Position numbers and translations under genes: made by a program. From a virus (Duplodnaviria; Caudoviricetes): 64,000 bases of DNA. The stretch spans positions 1,517 to 65,516 of IMG/VR virus record IMGVR_UViG_3300042332_000866. One strand, 5' to 3'. Numbering within the stretch: the first letter of the stretch is position 1; the number at the start of each line of letters is the position of its first letter. The notes under the pieces are model-generated. The model saw only the letters and a program-made list of their open reading frames with translations. It ran no database searches and was not told where the DNA came from. Below are positions 45,734-55,601 of this stretch, piece by piece.

Positions 45734-48369
45734 TAGCAAAAGTCCTCCTCGTCGTTTTTCGGTTTCGGTTCTTTTCCTTCCAGTCGATCTCTTGCGATCT
45801 GGAATACTTCTGCGGGCATCTTGCCGTCGAACTTGCCCTGCTTGATCCACAGGTATCCTCTCATGCCGTCGATCATCGGTCGGCCCGGAACTCGTAGGAA
45901 GTGCTCTTCTCTGAGCAACTTGCCGATACGCTGCGGACTCTCTTTGACCCCTTCCATGGTGAGTGCTCCTGAGAGGCTAGGCTCCCAGATCATGTCGTCT
46001 CTGAGCAGAGGTGACTCGGACTCCCGAATGGTGCGACGGATAGCTGAGGTAGCCTCGTCAGCAGAGTCTTCGATCATTTCGTCGAGATACTTGGTCTTCG
46101 GTGCTCGTCCATTAGCGTTGAAGCTAGGACTGATTTCCCACGTCTCGAAGAAGCTGCGGAGTCCGCCGCCGAGATTCGCCAGCATACCGAACATGCGGTC
46201 GAAGTATCCTGGGCCGAGAGCCGCTACCTGTTCTTCAGTCTGTAGCTTCAACTTCAGGACGAAGTATCTGCGACTGCCGGACATCACCGCGAGCGCGTCG
46301 TGGTGGTTGGTGAACATGATGTAGTTGGTGATGTTCCGGCATTTCTTGGTGTCGGCATGTTTCCGGTTCACTGGGACGAAGTCGTCTGTGACCAGATCCT
46401 TCAACTTGTTCATCACGTCATGGCGGTTGTGTCCCGAGATGCGAACTTCGCCAATCACAGTAATCTGAGATCCGACGGCCCATTCATTCCAGTTGCCTCG
46501 GATAGCTTCATTGTTGACGTACATCACGTTTTCTTCCCCGAGCAGCGTTCCAAGCAGGAGGGCTAGAAACGTCTTTCCGCAGCCTTCCGCTCCTTGAAAA
46601 AGCGGTGCCCAACGACATTTTTTACCGGGGTGTTGGACGTGGTAAGCGATGTAGTCGAGCACGACTCTCTGATATTCCGTCTCGATGATTAGATTGCGCA
46701 GGTGCTCTTGGAAAATGGCTCCGGCTGCTTCAGCGTCAGACGCTTTGGGTTTTACATGGCAAGCTCGGTAAGTGTTTACAAGTTTGAGACCGTTTGCGTC
46801 TTCGCTGTAAATTTCTTTCGGTGAGGTTGGATCGTAGGTAGTGTCGTCAACGACCGGACACTCAATCTTGTTGAGCAGGTATTGGTGAGGGAGAATCGGC
46901 GGGACATACAGAGCGGCGTCCGACGTGTCTTTTCCCTGAGATTCGAGTTGCTCGGCGGTGTTGAGCAGGAAGCGAGAGTATTCAGCATTGAATGCTTCTT
47001 TCGTGCGCCATTGGTGAGAGGCTGGACGGAAAAACTGCTCGCGACAGGCGACGTAATACCACCCTTTCGTCCAAGCGGGGTCTTTCTTGATGGACTCTTC
47101 CGGTGTTTTTGACTTGAGTTGCGCTTTACGGAGCTTGTCGAGGTCTTGACGGAGATCTCCGAGGCGTCCTTTTTCCCCGATCTTGGTGAGTGCTCGCAAA
47201 ATGGAGTTGAGCAGGGTGCCTTCCTCGACGTGAGTCAAAATCGGCAACTGGGCGATCTTCTCCAACGCAATATGCGTCATCTCATGGAACGTCTTGGCGG
47301 TGTCGTTGATCCAATCGTTGACGACTTTGAAGCAGTCTTCTTTGACCTTCCCTGCGTTCCAGCCTGCGTCCGCCGCACGTTTGATGAGGGTACGGATGGT
47401 GACGGGGACTCGACCTCTTGGGGTCGTATAGACTTGGTTCCACTTCGCCAGGGTTCCGTCTGGGCCAGGATAGCCATCACCTTCGCCAGACCACTTATCG
47501 AACAATTCGTAGGCTGCGTCTTCCTGCTCAGTATCTGAGTATTGGTGACGGAGTGCGCAGCATACTTCAAACCACTCTTGATAGTTGCAGTTCGGTGACA
47601 AGCTGTTGAGTGCCTCCACGACATCCTTGAACTCGACCCCCATCAGCGGTGCTCGAAGGTATTCGAGTCCGTCGTCTTCGCTGTAGATCTTCTTGCTCGA
47701 CTTCTCGGGATTGATCGTCGCGTCTTGGATGTCAGATAGTGTGAAAGCGTCACCCTTCAAAAAACTGACCACCATGGGATGCTCTGAATCAGGATCTTGA
47801 TCCAAGAACAAGCTCGGGCAGATCATCGGCTGGTTCGGAGTCAGAGACTCGCGGGTGATATTTGCCAGTCCGATTCTCGTCGCTATGGTCTTAACGGCGG
47901 CTGGATAAGCCTCCAACGTGATGTTGTCTGCGTCCACCACGATCCGCATACGAGGCTTGGCAGGTGTCGAGCTTGCCGTCGTATAGGCTGCGAAGTTGAA
48001 GGGCCGCATGGCCTTCAGCAGGATGTCTGGGTTCGCCAGAAATGGAGCCGCAGGACTAGTTCCACCTTTCTCGGTGTCTAGGTCGAGGAAAAGCAGGTTA
48101 CAGCAGTTGGCTTTGTCGGCGAACTGACGCTCGCGACTGGTCTCGTCGTCTGAATAAACGCAGGCAACAAGGTAGGTCGTGTCTTTTGCAGACAGCCTCG
48201 CAGCTCTACCTTCCGACGTGTCAGAAGGGATAGAATTATACTCGTCCCGTGTCAGGTGCAGGGGCACAGCCGTATCCAGATGCTTTTTGACAAGCTCACT
48301 GAACGTGCGGGCAGCCGTCAGCTTAACGCGGTTGCTCTTGACTGAGCTACCGTAGAAGTATTTTGCCAT
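45733..48369 (-). CDS. Primase-helicase (AEP/PriCT-2 plus SF3 DUF5906-like helicase)
   Basis: LFLDLD, YTTASS, PriCT-2-like YQEWFEV...DKWS, Walker A GAEGCGKT, FTNH; ends EEDFC. Confidence 0.88.
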   Translation of the reverse strand: MAKYFYGSSVKSNRVKLTAARTFSELVKKHLDTAVPLHLTRDEYNSIPSDTSEGRAARLSAKDTTYLVACVYSDDETSRERQFADKANCCNLLFLDLDTEKGGTSPAAPFLANPDILLKAMRPFNFAAYTTASSTPAKPRMRIVVDADNITLEAYPAAVKTIATRIGLANITRESLTPNQPMICPSLFLDQDPDSEHPMVVSFLKGDAFTLSDIQDATINPEKSSKKIYSEDDGLEYLRAPLMGVEFKDVVEALNSLSPNCNYQEWFEVCCALRHQYSDTEQEDAAYELFDKWSGEGDGYPGPDGTLAKWNQVYTTPRGRVPVTIRTLIKRAADAGWNAGKVKEDCFKVVNDWINDTAKTFHEMTHIALEKIAQLPILTHVEEGTLLNSILRALTKIGEKGRLGDLRQDLDKLRKAQLKSKTPEESIKKDPAWTKGWYYVACREQFFRPASHQWRTKEAFNAEYSRFLLNTAEQLESQGKDTSDAALYVPPILPHQYLLNKIECPVVDDTTYDPTSPKEIYSEDANGLKLVNTYRACHVKPKASDAEAAGAIFQEHLRNLIIETEYQRVVLDYIAYHVQHPGKKCRWAPLFQGAEGCGKTFLALLLGTLLGEENVMYVNNEAIRGNWNEWAVGSQITVIGEVRISGHNRHDVMNKLKDLVTDDFVPVNRKHADTKKCRNITNYIMFTNHHDALAVMSGSRRYFVLKLKLQTEEQVAALGPGYFDRMFGMLANLGGGLRSFFETWEISPSFNANGRAPKTKYLDEMIEDSADEATSAIRRTIRESESPLLRDDMIWEPSLSGALTMEGVKESPQRIGKLLREEHFLRVPGRPMIDGMRGYLWIKQGKFDGKMPAEVFQIARDRLEGKEPKPKNDEEDFC

Positions 48370-48374
48370 GTTGG

Positions 48375-48596
48375 CTATGCTCCCGTCAGGGTGTTTAGTG
48401 ATACTCTGAGAGCTTTAGCTAGCTTTATCAGAGTGGTTGTGTTTGGTTGGCGGATGCCGGACTCGACATCTGAGATCGTTCCGACACCTACCTCAGCTTT
48501 GGCGTGTAACTGCACTATCGTCAGCTCACGCCACTGGCGAATGCTTCGGAGTCGTACGCCGATTGGTGTGGAAGAATCAAAAATTGGTTTAGCCAT
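48375..48596 (-). CDS. XRE-family HTH transcriptional regulator
   Basis: RLRSIR...LTIVQL...TISDVESGIRQP...LAKAL; probable start MAKPIF. Confidence 0.85.
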   Translation of the reverse strand: MAKPIFDSSTPIGVRLRSIRQWRELTIVQLHAKAEVGVGTISDVESGIRQPNTTTLIKLAKALRVSLNTLTGA

Positions 48597-48634
48597 GGTA
48601 ATTCGGGTTATCGAAACACCGAATGATACGTAGG

Positions 48635-48925
48635 TCAAACGAAATCGTCTTCCGGTTCGACTTTCTTCGTCGCAGGTATTTTGGCGATCAATATTGTGCG
48701 CCAGCCGCCGTGTTGACCGAGCGACACGCGATCCAGGAGCGCGACGTTTTTACCTGAGTTGGCGGTGTTGGTGATGAAGTCGTTCACTTTGGGTAGAGCT
48801 AGGTGAATGATCTCAGGGTAAACGGTGTATCCCTCCGCTTCAGGGAATAGCCAAACGTCGCAGTCTGGCGCGGCTCGTCGCATCTCGGCAACTTTGTTTT
48901 TGATGAATTGATCAATGTTGTCCAT
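48635..48925 (-). CDS. Hypothetical protein (ends EDDFV)
   Basis: 96-aa ORF in the operon. Confidence 0.6.
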   Translation of the reverse strand: MDNIDQFIKNKVAEMRRAAPDCDVWLFPEAEGYTVYPEIIHLALPKVNDFITNTANSGKNVALLDRVSLGQHGGWRTILIAKIPATKKVEPEDDFV

Positions 48926-49223
48926 AGTCGATAATATTTTTTAGTCTGTCGATCTCGACGGCCTGCTGTTGGATGGTTTGCACGTCTCGGGCTGACGCTG
49001 CAAGGTGTGACTCGGTGCGTTCGCGGAGACGCTCTAAAAGCTCGGCGTTGGCGGTTAGTGCTGCGTCTCGCTCGCGTTCTAGTTTTATGACAAGCCTCCT
49101 ATCGGCCGCGTAACTAAACTCCCATTCCTGCATACCTTGTGTCTCAAAGTAAACATGTAAAGTTAGAGCAGCGTTTGAAATTTCTTCTGGGATGTGATTT
49201 AAGGGAATATAATTCGGTATCAT
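48912..49223 (-). CDS. Hypothetical protein
   Basis: 103 aa with a coiled-coil C-terminus. Confidence 0.6.
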   Translation of the reverse strand: MIPNYIPLNHIPEEISNAALTLHVYFETQGMQEWEFSYAADRRLVIKLERERDAALTANAELLERLRERTESHLAASARDVQTIQQQAVEIDRLKNIIDYGQH

Positions 49224-49480
49224 GGTGTGATGAATGGTCGAAGTTTGGCGAGGGCAAGATGAACAGATTCCATTGTTTCCGATTCTCGTTCAATGTCGCT
49301 GTTATTGCGTGTAAAGATTGGTTGAACGATCAGGTAATTTAAGCATTTGTGCAAAGCCAAGTCGGCATCGCGGATGGCTTTGATTGACTCGTTGAGTTCG
49401 CGTTCCAGTTGTCGGGCAAAGTCAACACTAACTCGACCTGTGCCAAACTGCGCTGCGTCTGTTCTCGGTGTATCGCTCAT
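49220..49480 (-). CDS. Hypothetical protein (SDTPRTD...FARQLERELN type)
   Basis: Motif common in small phage proteins; start MSDTPRTD. Confidence 0.65.
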   Translation of the reverse strand: MSDTPRTDAAQFGTGRVSVDFARQLERELNESIKAIRDADLALHKCLNYLIVQPIFTRNNSDIERESETMESVHLALAKLRPFITP

Positions 49481-49494
49481 GTTGTAATAAAGAG

Positions 49495-49785
49495 TTAAGG
49501 TTTGGCAAAAGCTGCGTATTTTTCCATCCACTCGTTGGCTCGCGGCCAGCTCTCCTTGTGGTGGTCGAGTGCGTCCATATAGAGCACCTGAATGATTTTG
49601 TGCGCCTCCCTGATAGCCTCGCGCATCGCCTGAATCTCCTCAGCCGGATCAACCATGCCAGCGCAGGCGTTGACGCATTCTGCTATTCGGCGCTCATCTC
49701 CAGCGTTGCCGTTGCGGGTTAGCGCAAGATCGAGGTCGTAGTTATAATTCCACGGCTCGCCGTAGTCGGGTGTTGGTGCGTTCAT
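49495..49785 (-). CDS. Hypothetical protein
   Basis: RRIAECVNACAG motif common in small phage proteins. Confidence 0.65.
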   Translation of the reverse strand: MNAPTPDYGEPWNYNYDLDLALTRNGNAGDERRIAECVNACAGMVDPAEEIQAMREAIREAHKIIQVLYMDALDHHKESWPRANEWMEKYAAFAKP

Positions 49786-50093
49786 GGCTGTTCTCCTTTC
49801 GAGAATTCATAGGCTTTTATGGCTGCAAAAGCAGTAGGCAAAGGGTTATTGCCTTCGTGCTTTTGCCATAAATATTCGTCACCGAACTGGAACCTTCGGT
49901 CTTCATATTCCTCTGTGATTAAAGCCAAGGCATTTGCCAAAGTTCTAATCATGACATTTTGATCCTTAATCGTCGCCATATCTTCCGCTCGAAGGTTGGC
50001 CAGTTGGAGAGCAAGCTCTGCAAGCTCGTCATACTCGCGCTGTTCGACGAGTTCAATCAGCTGGTCGCCGTCCATGTAGGGGTAGGTTTTCAT
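49782..50093 (-). CDS. Hypothetical protein
   Basis: Probable start MKTYPYMDG. Confidence 0.55.
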   Translation of the reverse strand: MKTYPYMDGDQLIELVEQREYDELAELALQLANLRAEDMATIKDQNVMIRTLANALALITEEYEDRRFQFGDEYLWQKHEGNNPLPTAFAAIKAYEFSKGEQP

Positions 50094-50260
50094 TTCAATG
50101 CCTCCTCGCAATTTATAACCTCGCAAGCATACAGGAAATCGTCATAGTTACGATCCCCTTCCATGGTTTGCGCTAGATCTTTAGCTTCGCGTTCACTTTC
50201 GGCGACAACTTCAACAGTTTCCGAGTATTGGTATATTTTTTTAACGGTGTAGGTTTTCAT
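50090..50260 (-). CDS. Hypothetical protein
   Basis: 56 aa read by hand (MKTYTVKKIYQYSETVEVVAESEREA...). Confidence 0.6.
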   Translation of the reverse strand: MKTYTVKKIYQYSETVEVVAESEREAKDLAQTMEGDRNYDDFLYACEVINCEEALK

Positions 50261-50580
50261 TGTTTCCAAAGGTTGAGGGTTAAGCCGATTGCTTCGGCGC
50301 GTTGGGCTGCGGTTGCGTGAACTGCTGTTTCGCGCCCAAATGGAGTTGGGTTGAGGCGATTAATGCGATTAACGTATTCCCACCATGCGTTTACTCCTTT
50401 TTCAGTCAGCAACTTCTCCAACTCATGCACCGCGTTAAGGTCGGTGTAGAAGTCGGGAATAGTTGACAGAGGCTGGACACTGTGTGGAGAGTTTGGAGGG
50501 ATGACAACGAAGCGGTCTTTAGGATGCACTTTCCACCCACCAGCTTCGGCTAGTTTGATTCGTTTTTCTTCTTGGGTCAT
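50257..50580 (-). CDS. Hypothetical protein
   Basis: PDFYTDLNAVHELE...HATAAQRAEA motif. Confidence 0.65.
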   Translation of the reverse strand: MTQEEKRIKLAEAGGWKVHPKDRFVVIPPNSPHSVQPLSTIPDFYTDLNAVHELEKLLTEKGVNAWWEYVNRINRLNPTPFGRETAVHATAAQRAEAIGLTLNLWKQ

Positions 50581-50930
50581 TTCGCTGCCTCCCAGATGGT
50601 GATGATTTGTTGGAGTTGTTGGTTGGCGCTTTCAACGGGGACTGCGTATTGCTCCAGCCATTCGATCTGGCCTAACAAACACTCCGCCGTCGCTGGTGAG
50701 ATGTTGCGGGAACGGGCGATGAAGGTGGCGTCATTAATTCCAGTTCTAACGCCAGAGCTGTCCTCAGCTTTACTACCAAGGACAACTACTGACGTATCGC
50801 CAGCTTCAATACCCGGACAGTCAAAATATCCGACACATTTAAAAACACGCCACTTCCCATGCGTGATCGTCTTCGACAGTTCAAGGAACTCGCGGAGTTC
50901 TTGTTTTAGGTTTTCGATTTGTGTTTTCAT
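50577..50930 (-). CDS. Hypothetical protein (Ead/Ea22-like N-terminus)
   Basis: Probable start MKTQIENLK; THGKW...DATFIARSR. Confidence 0.6.
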   Translation of the reverse strand: MKTQIENLKQELREFLELSKTITHGKWRVFKCVGYFDCPGIEAGDTSVVVLGSKAEDSSGVRTGINDATFIARSRNISPATAECLLGQIEWLEQYAVPVESANQQLQQIITIWEAAK

Positions 50931-50937
50931 CGTTTTC

Positions 50938-51540
50938 TTATGCAAAGTTTGGTTTGGTGTTGTCGCGAAGCCATTGGGCTTGGGCGGATTCAGCTTCGGC
51001 AACGCGGGCAGCAGCAGTGGCAGCAGCATCGGCAGCAGCATAGGCAGCAGCATGGGCGTCGGCGTCGGCAGCAGCATCGGCAGCAGCATAGGCAGCAGCA
51101 TGGGCGGTAGCACGGGCAGCGTAGGCAGCGTAGGCAGCGTAGGCAGCATCGTAGGCAGAAGCACTGGCAGCAGCATAGGCAGCAGCACGGGCAGCAGCAT
51201 AGGCAGCAGCATCGGCAGCACGGGCAGCAGCACGGGCAGCAGCATGGGCGGTAGCATGGGCAGCGTAGGCAGCAGCGCCATTAGCATAACGCTCAGCAAC
51301 GTCGAGGGCGTTGAGGCTGCGCTCGTCGGTCATTAAATGTTGCACCTGCCTAGCCGACCATACGGCGAACCGCCTAAGCTCAACGTCGGTCAGCACTCCT
51401 TCTCGGGTGGCTATCCACACCAGCCAGTTGGGCCTCGCAGTTTGCCACACCTCATTCATGTCCTTGCAGTGGGTGAGTGCCCATGTTCGACCGTCGCGGC
51501 AGGCATAGTGTTTGTCGCAGAATTCTTTGATCGTTTTCAT
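50938..51540 (-). CDS. Ala-rich repeat protein
   Basis: Start MKTIKEFC; LRRFAVWSARQV domain followed by AAAY/AARA repeats. Confidence 0.7.
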   Translation of the reverse strand: MKTIKEFCDKHYACRDGRTWALTHCKDMNEVWQTARPNWLVWIATREGVLTDVELRRFAVWSARQVQHLMTDERSLNALDVAERYANGAAAYAAHATAHAAARAAARAADAAAYAAARAAAYAAASASAYDAAYAAYAAYAARATAHAAAYAAADAAADADAHAAAYAAADAAATAAARVAEAESAQAQWLRDNTKPNFA

Positions 51541-51938
51541 CGTGCGTCCTCCTTGGCTGCGGGTTCGAGACAACAGAATTCAAAAGTGCCATTGTGAGGG
51601 GTGAAGTGCTCAAACCATCGGCACACAACATCGCCGTTAAACCGAAATCCTGATATAGCCATCAGCGGCCCGCCAGACTTGAGCCTGACGACATCGCCGA
51701 CTTGCGGTGTCCATTCTGATTTCGTTACCAAAGGGTCTAGCTTCTCTGTGGAAGGCAGGTGGATGTCGGAGAGTGGGCGGAGTTGGGAGAGGCTCAAAAC
51801 TTCCTGCTCAGTCTGCTCCGGCAGGTTGTCGAGAAAGGCGCGGGCGATGCCAATCCAAAATCCGTCGTCACCGCTTGATTCGTGAAAGGCCACGTCAATA
51901 GCTTCTTGGAGTTGTTCGTTTGTGTATGTCGTTTTCAT
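51537..51938 (-). CDS. YodC/DUF2158-domain protein
   Basis: VGDVVRLKSGGPLM...VVCRWF. Confidence 0.7.
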   Translation of the reverse strand: MKTTYTNEQLQEAIDVAFHESSGDDGFWIGIARAFLDNLPEQTEQEVLSLSQLRPLSDIHLPSTEKLDPLVTKSEWTPQVGDVVRLKSGGPLMAISGFRFNGDVVCRWFEHFTPHNGTFEFCCLEPAAKEDAR

Positions 51939-51961
51939 TTTGTTTGATGGGTGTTTGATCG

Positions 51962-52231
51962 TTACTTGCTGGAGACCGCGTCGATAAGCTGGAGCCACTC
52001 GGCTTCGGTTCGTAGCCCTTGATGCAGATGGATGATGTTGCCGACTTTGTCGGAAGACCATCCTTGGAGCTTCTTCAGGATGTGGCTACGCCTTAGCTTG
52101 TTGGTTTTCATGGCGTCATATATGGCCACTGTCAGGTCAACGCGGGCTGCGTTTCTGATCTCCTTGGCTTTAGCCAGCGCGGCCTCGGTGCGCTGGAGTT
52201 TTCGTAGGTGCTTGATGAGTTTTGTTTTCAT
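51962..52231 (-). CDS. Hypothetical basic protein
   Basis: Probable start MKTKLIKH. Confidence 0.55.
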   Translation of the reverse strand: MKTKLIKHLRKLQRTEAALAKAKEIRNAARVDLTVAIYDAMKTNKLRRSHILKKLQGWSSDKVGNIIHLHQGLRTEAEWLQLIDAVSSK

Positions 52232-52238
52232 GCTGTCG

Positions 52239-52523
52239 TTATGCGAAGTCGGTTTCTTTGCGACTACGACGCAAGATCGTGATGTAGGATGGGGTGCAGC
52301 CGAGTTTCTTGGCATTTTCGTTGTTGCTGAGTGACCAGTCGATCTCGTTAAGCGCGAGCTTCTGAGGTCTGCCTGAGCCTGGACTGCGCGGTCCTTTAGG
52401 CTTCCCACGGAGACGGCGGAACTGGCTAACGACGGCGCTGGTAGCTTGGTACTTAGCCGCGAGTGTGCGGTTGTCGTTTTGACTCCATTCGGAGTCGGAT
52501 ATGCTGTGCAAGTTTGAAGGCAT
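52239..52523 (-). CDS. Putative double-HTH DNA-binding protein
   Basis: Two similar units WSQNDNRTLA.../WSLSNNENAKKLG; own promoter. Confidence 0.55.
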   Translation of the reverse strand: MPSNLHSISDSEWSQNDNRTLAAKYQATSAVVSQFRRLRGKPKGPRSPGSGRPQKLALNEIDWSLSNNENAKKLGCTPSYITILRRSRKETDFA

Positions 52524-52530
52524 AGAGGTA

Positions 52531-52559
52531 TAATTACTCTTTCAGTTTATCGAAATCAA
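52531..52559 (-). promoter_or_regulatory. Sigma70-like promoter with operator
   Basis: TTGATT-17 nt-TAATTA, 7 nt before ATG; TTTCGATAAACTGAAA overlaps the -35 box and spacer. Confidence 0.55.
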
Positions 52560-52641
52560 GTGACAAAAGTTTTTTATTTTGTTCACCGCTTTGGGTCGGT
52601 TTTCGGAGTTGGTATTTAGCTGTTTGATGGGTGTGAGTGAG

Positions 52642-52983
52642 TTACAGATTGTCGGTAGTTGCCCGTTCTTGTTTCGGTAGACTTAGACCATTAATCCAAC
52701 GTACGGGTATAATATTGCGTGCAACTCCTTCTGTACACAGGAAGGCGGCAGACCAATGGCGCATGAACATATACAGCTTGTCTCTGCCGCCTTCGCTTTT
52801 TAATCCTTTACGGAAGTCCGCGTTGTTCTGGTAAATTCTCTCAGCTTTTTCCACAAGATGAGCGGTTAATCGGTCGGTTAGCTGCTTAGATCCTGAGATC
52901 GTATAGGCTTCCCCAGCCACGCTCTCTGCGATTAACCAGGGGATAATAGGCGTTTCATCTTCGATGATATATTTCTTTTTCAT
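52642..52983 (-). CDS. Early hypothetical protein
   Basis: 113-aa ORF between repeats. Confidence 0.65.
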   Translation of the reverse strand: MKKKYIIEDETPIIPWLIAESVAGEAYTISGSKQLTDRLTAHLVEKAERIYQNNADFRKGLKSEGGRDKLYMFMRHWSAAFLCTEGVARNIIPVRWINGLSLPKQERATTDNL

Positions 52984-53062
52984 GTGGGTAGGTTGTTCAC
53001 CACTTTGGGTCGGTTTTCGGAGTTGGTATTTAGCTGTTTGATGGGTGGGAGTGGGTTACAGA

Positions 53063-53299
53063 CTACTGTTTCACGTAGTCTAGGTATCCGCGAAGGATTT
53101 GGATCTGTATGTTTGCCCTACTGTCTGGCTTGATTTTACCTTCGATGCTTTGTTGCCAGCGCCAGCTTGAAAGATCCTTCTTGGTGAAAAAGTGGTGCCA
53201 GCGATTAGCTGCTAGGATCTCAGCTCTTAATCTTTGGACTTCAGTTTTTACTTCTTGTAGCCAAATTGCGTATTCGTGAGGGTGTGACAGGCATTTCAT
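53063..53299 (-). CDS. Early hypothetical protein
   Basis: 78-aa ORF between repeats. Confidence 0.6.
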   Translation of the reverse strand: MKCLSHPHEYAIWLQEVKTEVQRLRAEILAANRWHHFFTKKDLSSWRWQQSIEGKIKPDSRANIQIQILRGYLDYVKQ

Positions 53300-53342
53300 A
53301 AAATAATTTCGTTCACCGCTTTGGGTCGGTTTTCGGAATTGG

Positions 53343-53690
53343 TTAAACTTTGAATTTAACTGGTCTCCCTTTCCTAATCGGTTTAATTGGTTGAACTTCG
53401 CATATATCGGCTATCATTTTCGCTGCTTTAACCATATCGGCTATAGCTTGTGAGGAAAAAGGGTTAGGTACCTTTTCAGAGTTCTCGACCGAAAAAACCC
53501 TCATTCGATTGGTTCCCAACATTACCGCCATTTGAAAAACTGAGAGACCTGAGCGGGCGCGTTCCTTAGCGAAAAGTTTCCCTAGTTCTACACGAATAGC
53601 TAAACTGTCTCTTTTATAGGTGTTCTCGGCTTCTGTAAGTGCTTCACGCACTTGTTTTTCTTTTTCTAATAGTGATTCGATTGTGTGCAT
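53343..53690 (-). CDS. Early protein with HTH-like segment
   Basis: ERARSGLSVFQMAVMLG...VFSVEN resembles an XRE HTH. Confidence 0.55.
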   Translation of the reverse strand: MHTIESLLEKEKQVREALTEAENTYKRDSLAIRVELGKLFAKERARSGLSVFQMAVMLGTNRMRVFSVENSEKVPNPFSSQAIADMVKAAKMIADICEVQPIKPIRKGRPVKFKV

Positions 53691-53766
53691 AATCTATTGT
53701 TCACCGCTTTGGGTCGGTGTTTGCGGGTTGAATTGAGGTTGGTGAAGGTGTGGAGTGAGTTACAGA

Positions 53767-54120
53767 CTAAGCGCTCTGACTGAGCCACCAGACGGCGGCG
53801 ATTATTGCGCTCCAGGTAGCCAGGCAAGCCAGGATGAGGGGCCGGAAGCTGGCGCGGTCGCCTGCCTGCGCGTCGAAGTAGCGCTTGAGCTGGTAGTCTT
53901 CGAGCCGTTGAGGGAACAAGTGACGCTTGTCAGTGATTCGTACAGCCGGGGGCGCTGGCGCTGGCGCTGGCGCTGGCGCTGGCGCTGGCGCGGGCGCTGG
54001 ATCGTCTGGCATATAGGCCGGATTTCCAGTCTCTCGGGGGCGGCTGTAGTGCTTAGAAGCTAGCCTGAGTTTGATCAGGAAACGGGTTCGCTGAATGTGG
54101 AGAGGTAGGTATGAGGTCAT
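53767..54120 (-). CDS. Early membrane-anchored protein with (PA)n linker
   Basis: PAPAPA repeat and C-terminal hydrophobic segment. Confidence 0.55.
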   Translation of the reverse strand: MTSYLPLHIQRTRFLIKLRLASKHYSRPRETGNPAYMPDDPAPAPAPAPAPAPAPAPPAVRITDKRHLFPQRLEDYQLKRYFDAQAGDRASFRPLILACLATWSAIIAAVWWLSQSA

Positions 54121-54353
54121 GGGATGGTGGCTAGGATTTCATTAAACTGTCTGATTTCGTTTATCTGCCGACGGCTTGCCAGACTCATATCGCCGTTCGC
54201 GAAGTAGCCACCGCTTGCCAGTTTTATAATGCGTTCACGGTTATGAGGCTGAGGGTGCAACATGCAGCCTGTTTGGTAATCTGGATATATCACCCAGGCG
54301 GCTTTTAATTCTCGGGGGAAGTGATCCGGTGGAGATAGTTTTCTACGTTTCAT
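54117..54353 (-). CDS. Early hypothetical protein
   Basis: Probable start MKRRKLS after a repeat copy. Confidence 0.55.
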   Translation of the reverse strand: MKRRKLSPPDHFPRELKAAWVIYPDYQTGCMLHPQPHNRERIIKLASGGYFANGDMSLASRRQINEIRQFNEILATIP

Positions 54354-54435
54354 AGTTTCTAGGCGTGAGAGTTCGTTCACCGCTTTAGGTCGGTGCATGG
54401 ATCTGCTGAATACTTGGTTGAAGCTGTGGGGCGGG

Positions 54436-54603
54436 TTACAGAAACTTGATTTCCCCTTTCGGGTTTCTCTTGGCGCTTGTGATCGTGCTGCAATCCAGTT
54501 TCGGCCCGCGATAGGTGACGGTGTACCATCCTGCGTGAATGCGTTTGACCCCGGCTGCTCTGAGTAGTTCTGGGTTTCCGTGCGTGAGTGCGTTTATCTG
54601 CAT
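54436..54603 (-). CDS. Early hypothetical protein
   Basis: 55 aa read by hand (MQINALTHGNPELLRAAG...EIKFL); stop lies inside TCTGTAAC. Confidence 0.5.
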   Translation of the reverse strand: MQINALTHGNPELLRAAGVKRIHAGWYTVTYRGPKLDCSTITSAKRNPKGEIKFL

Positions 54604-54608
54604 GGTTT

Positions 54609-54809
54609 TCATGGCGTGGGTGCATGTTTAGTGGTTATTTCGTAGCCTGCTTTTATAAGTGCGTTCTCTGCTAATGAAGCCAGAGTGTCTAGATTGCCTA
54701 TTCCGTGGCCGTTCGCTGCGTTTCGTAAGTCCAGCGCCAAGGCTTCCAGAGCCTCCAATAGGTCGGGGATGGCTGAAATGATGCCGGCTTTGTTTCTAGG
54801 TCTTTTCAT
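54609..54809 (-). CDS. Early hypothetical protein
   Basis: IISAIPDLLEALE motif common in phage early proteins. Confidence 0.6.
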   Translation of the reverse strand: MKRPRNKAGIISAIPDLLEALEALALDLRNAANGHGIGNLDTLASLAENALIKAGYEITTKHAPTP

Positions 54810-54852
54810 AGCGTGGGTGCGTTTAGTTGCATGGTTTTCATGGCTTTAAAAA

Positions 54853-55089
54853 TCACCAGTTTACAGGTTTAATTTCAGGAAAGCCCATTGCTGAAGCGGT
54901 TCTAGAAGCCGAGCGGTGGCTTTTGAAGCGGTAGGCTTTTTCTAACCTGCCCATTTCAGGGGAGGGAGTGCCATCTTTTGCGATAGATCCATCAGCTAGA
55001 CGGCAGTATCCTTTAGGAGCAACCACAGCGCTAACCGATTCGTGCGCTCCCTTCGATAAGATAATATATTGAGTATTTTTAGTTTCCAT
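54853..55089 (-). CDS. Early hypothetical protein
   Basis: Probable start METKNTQ after a repeat copy. Confidence 0.55.
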   Translation of the reverse strand: METKNTQYIILSKGAHESVSAVVAPKGYCRLADGSIAKDGTPSPEMGRLEKAYRFKSHRSASRTASAMGFPEIKPVNW

Positions 55090-55184
55090 AGTTTCTAGGC
55101 GTGGTTTTCCGTTCACCGCTTTGATTCGGTGCATGGGGTTACTTTCTAGGCGTTTGAAAGTGTGAAATGAGTTACAGACTGGCG

Positions 55185-55601
55185 CTATTCAGCCCCGACT
55201 TCGTTTTTGTCCGTGACGTACAGATTAATTACGGGGTAACATTTCGCCAGTTTGGTGAACGTATCGCCGTACGTAGGATAATATCCATCCCAGAACCCGG
55301 CCCCGTGGCCGTTCTGAGTAAGCCAGAAGTCATGGCCTGCTTGGCTGGCCTCGGGCTTCTCGCCTTTCCTGCCTTCCTCATAATTGAGATAGTACCACAT
55401 GCGAGACCAGAACGAAAAAGCATGGGCGCGTAGGATTTCGCGTGATTCGTCCGTGAAGTCGTCCGTGCTGAAATGCCTGTCGAATGGATCGCCGTCACGT
55501 TCCCCAGGTTCGCCGTCGCTGTCTTCTGATATTGTAGACGACCACAGGGCCGCGTGTAAATAGGATCGAAAAAATTCAGGGAAGTCTGCTTTAGTTGTCA
55601 T
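55185..55601 (-). CDS. Early hypothetical phage protein
   Basis: YLHAALWSS...AGHDFWLTQNGHGAGFWDG motif. Confidence 0.7.
   Translation of the reverse strand: MTTKADFPEFFRSYLHAALWSSTISEDSDGEPGERDGDPFDRHFSTDDFTDESREILRAHAFSFWSRMWYYLNYEEGRKGEKPEASQAGHDFWLTQNGHGAGFWDGYYPTYGDTFTKLAKCYPVINLYVTDKNEVGAE

Noticed and set aside
50572-51336. Long MLLP-repeat and GSS-repeat ORFs
   Set aside because: Alternative frames of the Ala-rich repeat gene 50938-51540; the credible downstream gene starts at 50930
30203-52555. Operator as a host LexA box
   Set aside because: TTC-N8-GAA does not match the CTGT-N8-ACAG, GAAC-N4-GTTC or TGTTC-N4-GAACA type boxes I know
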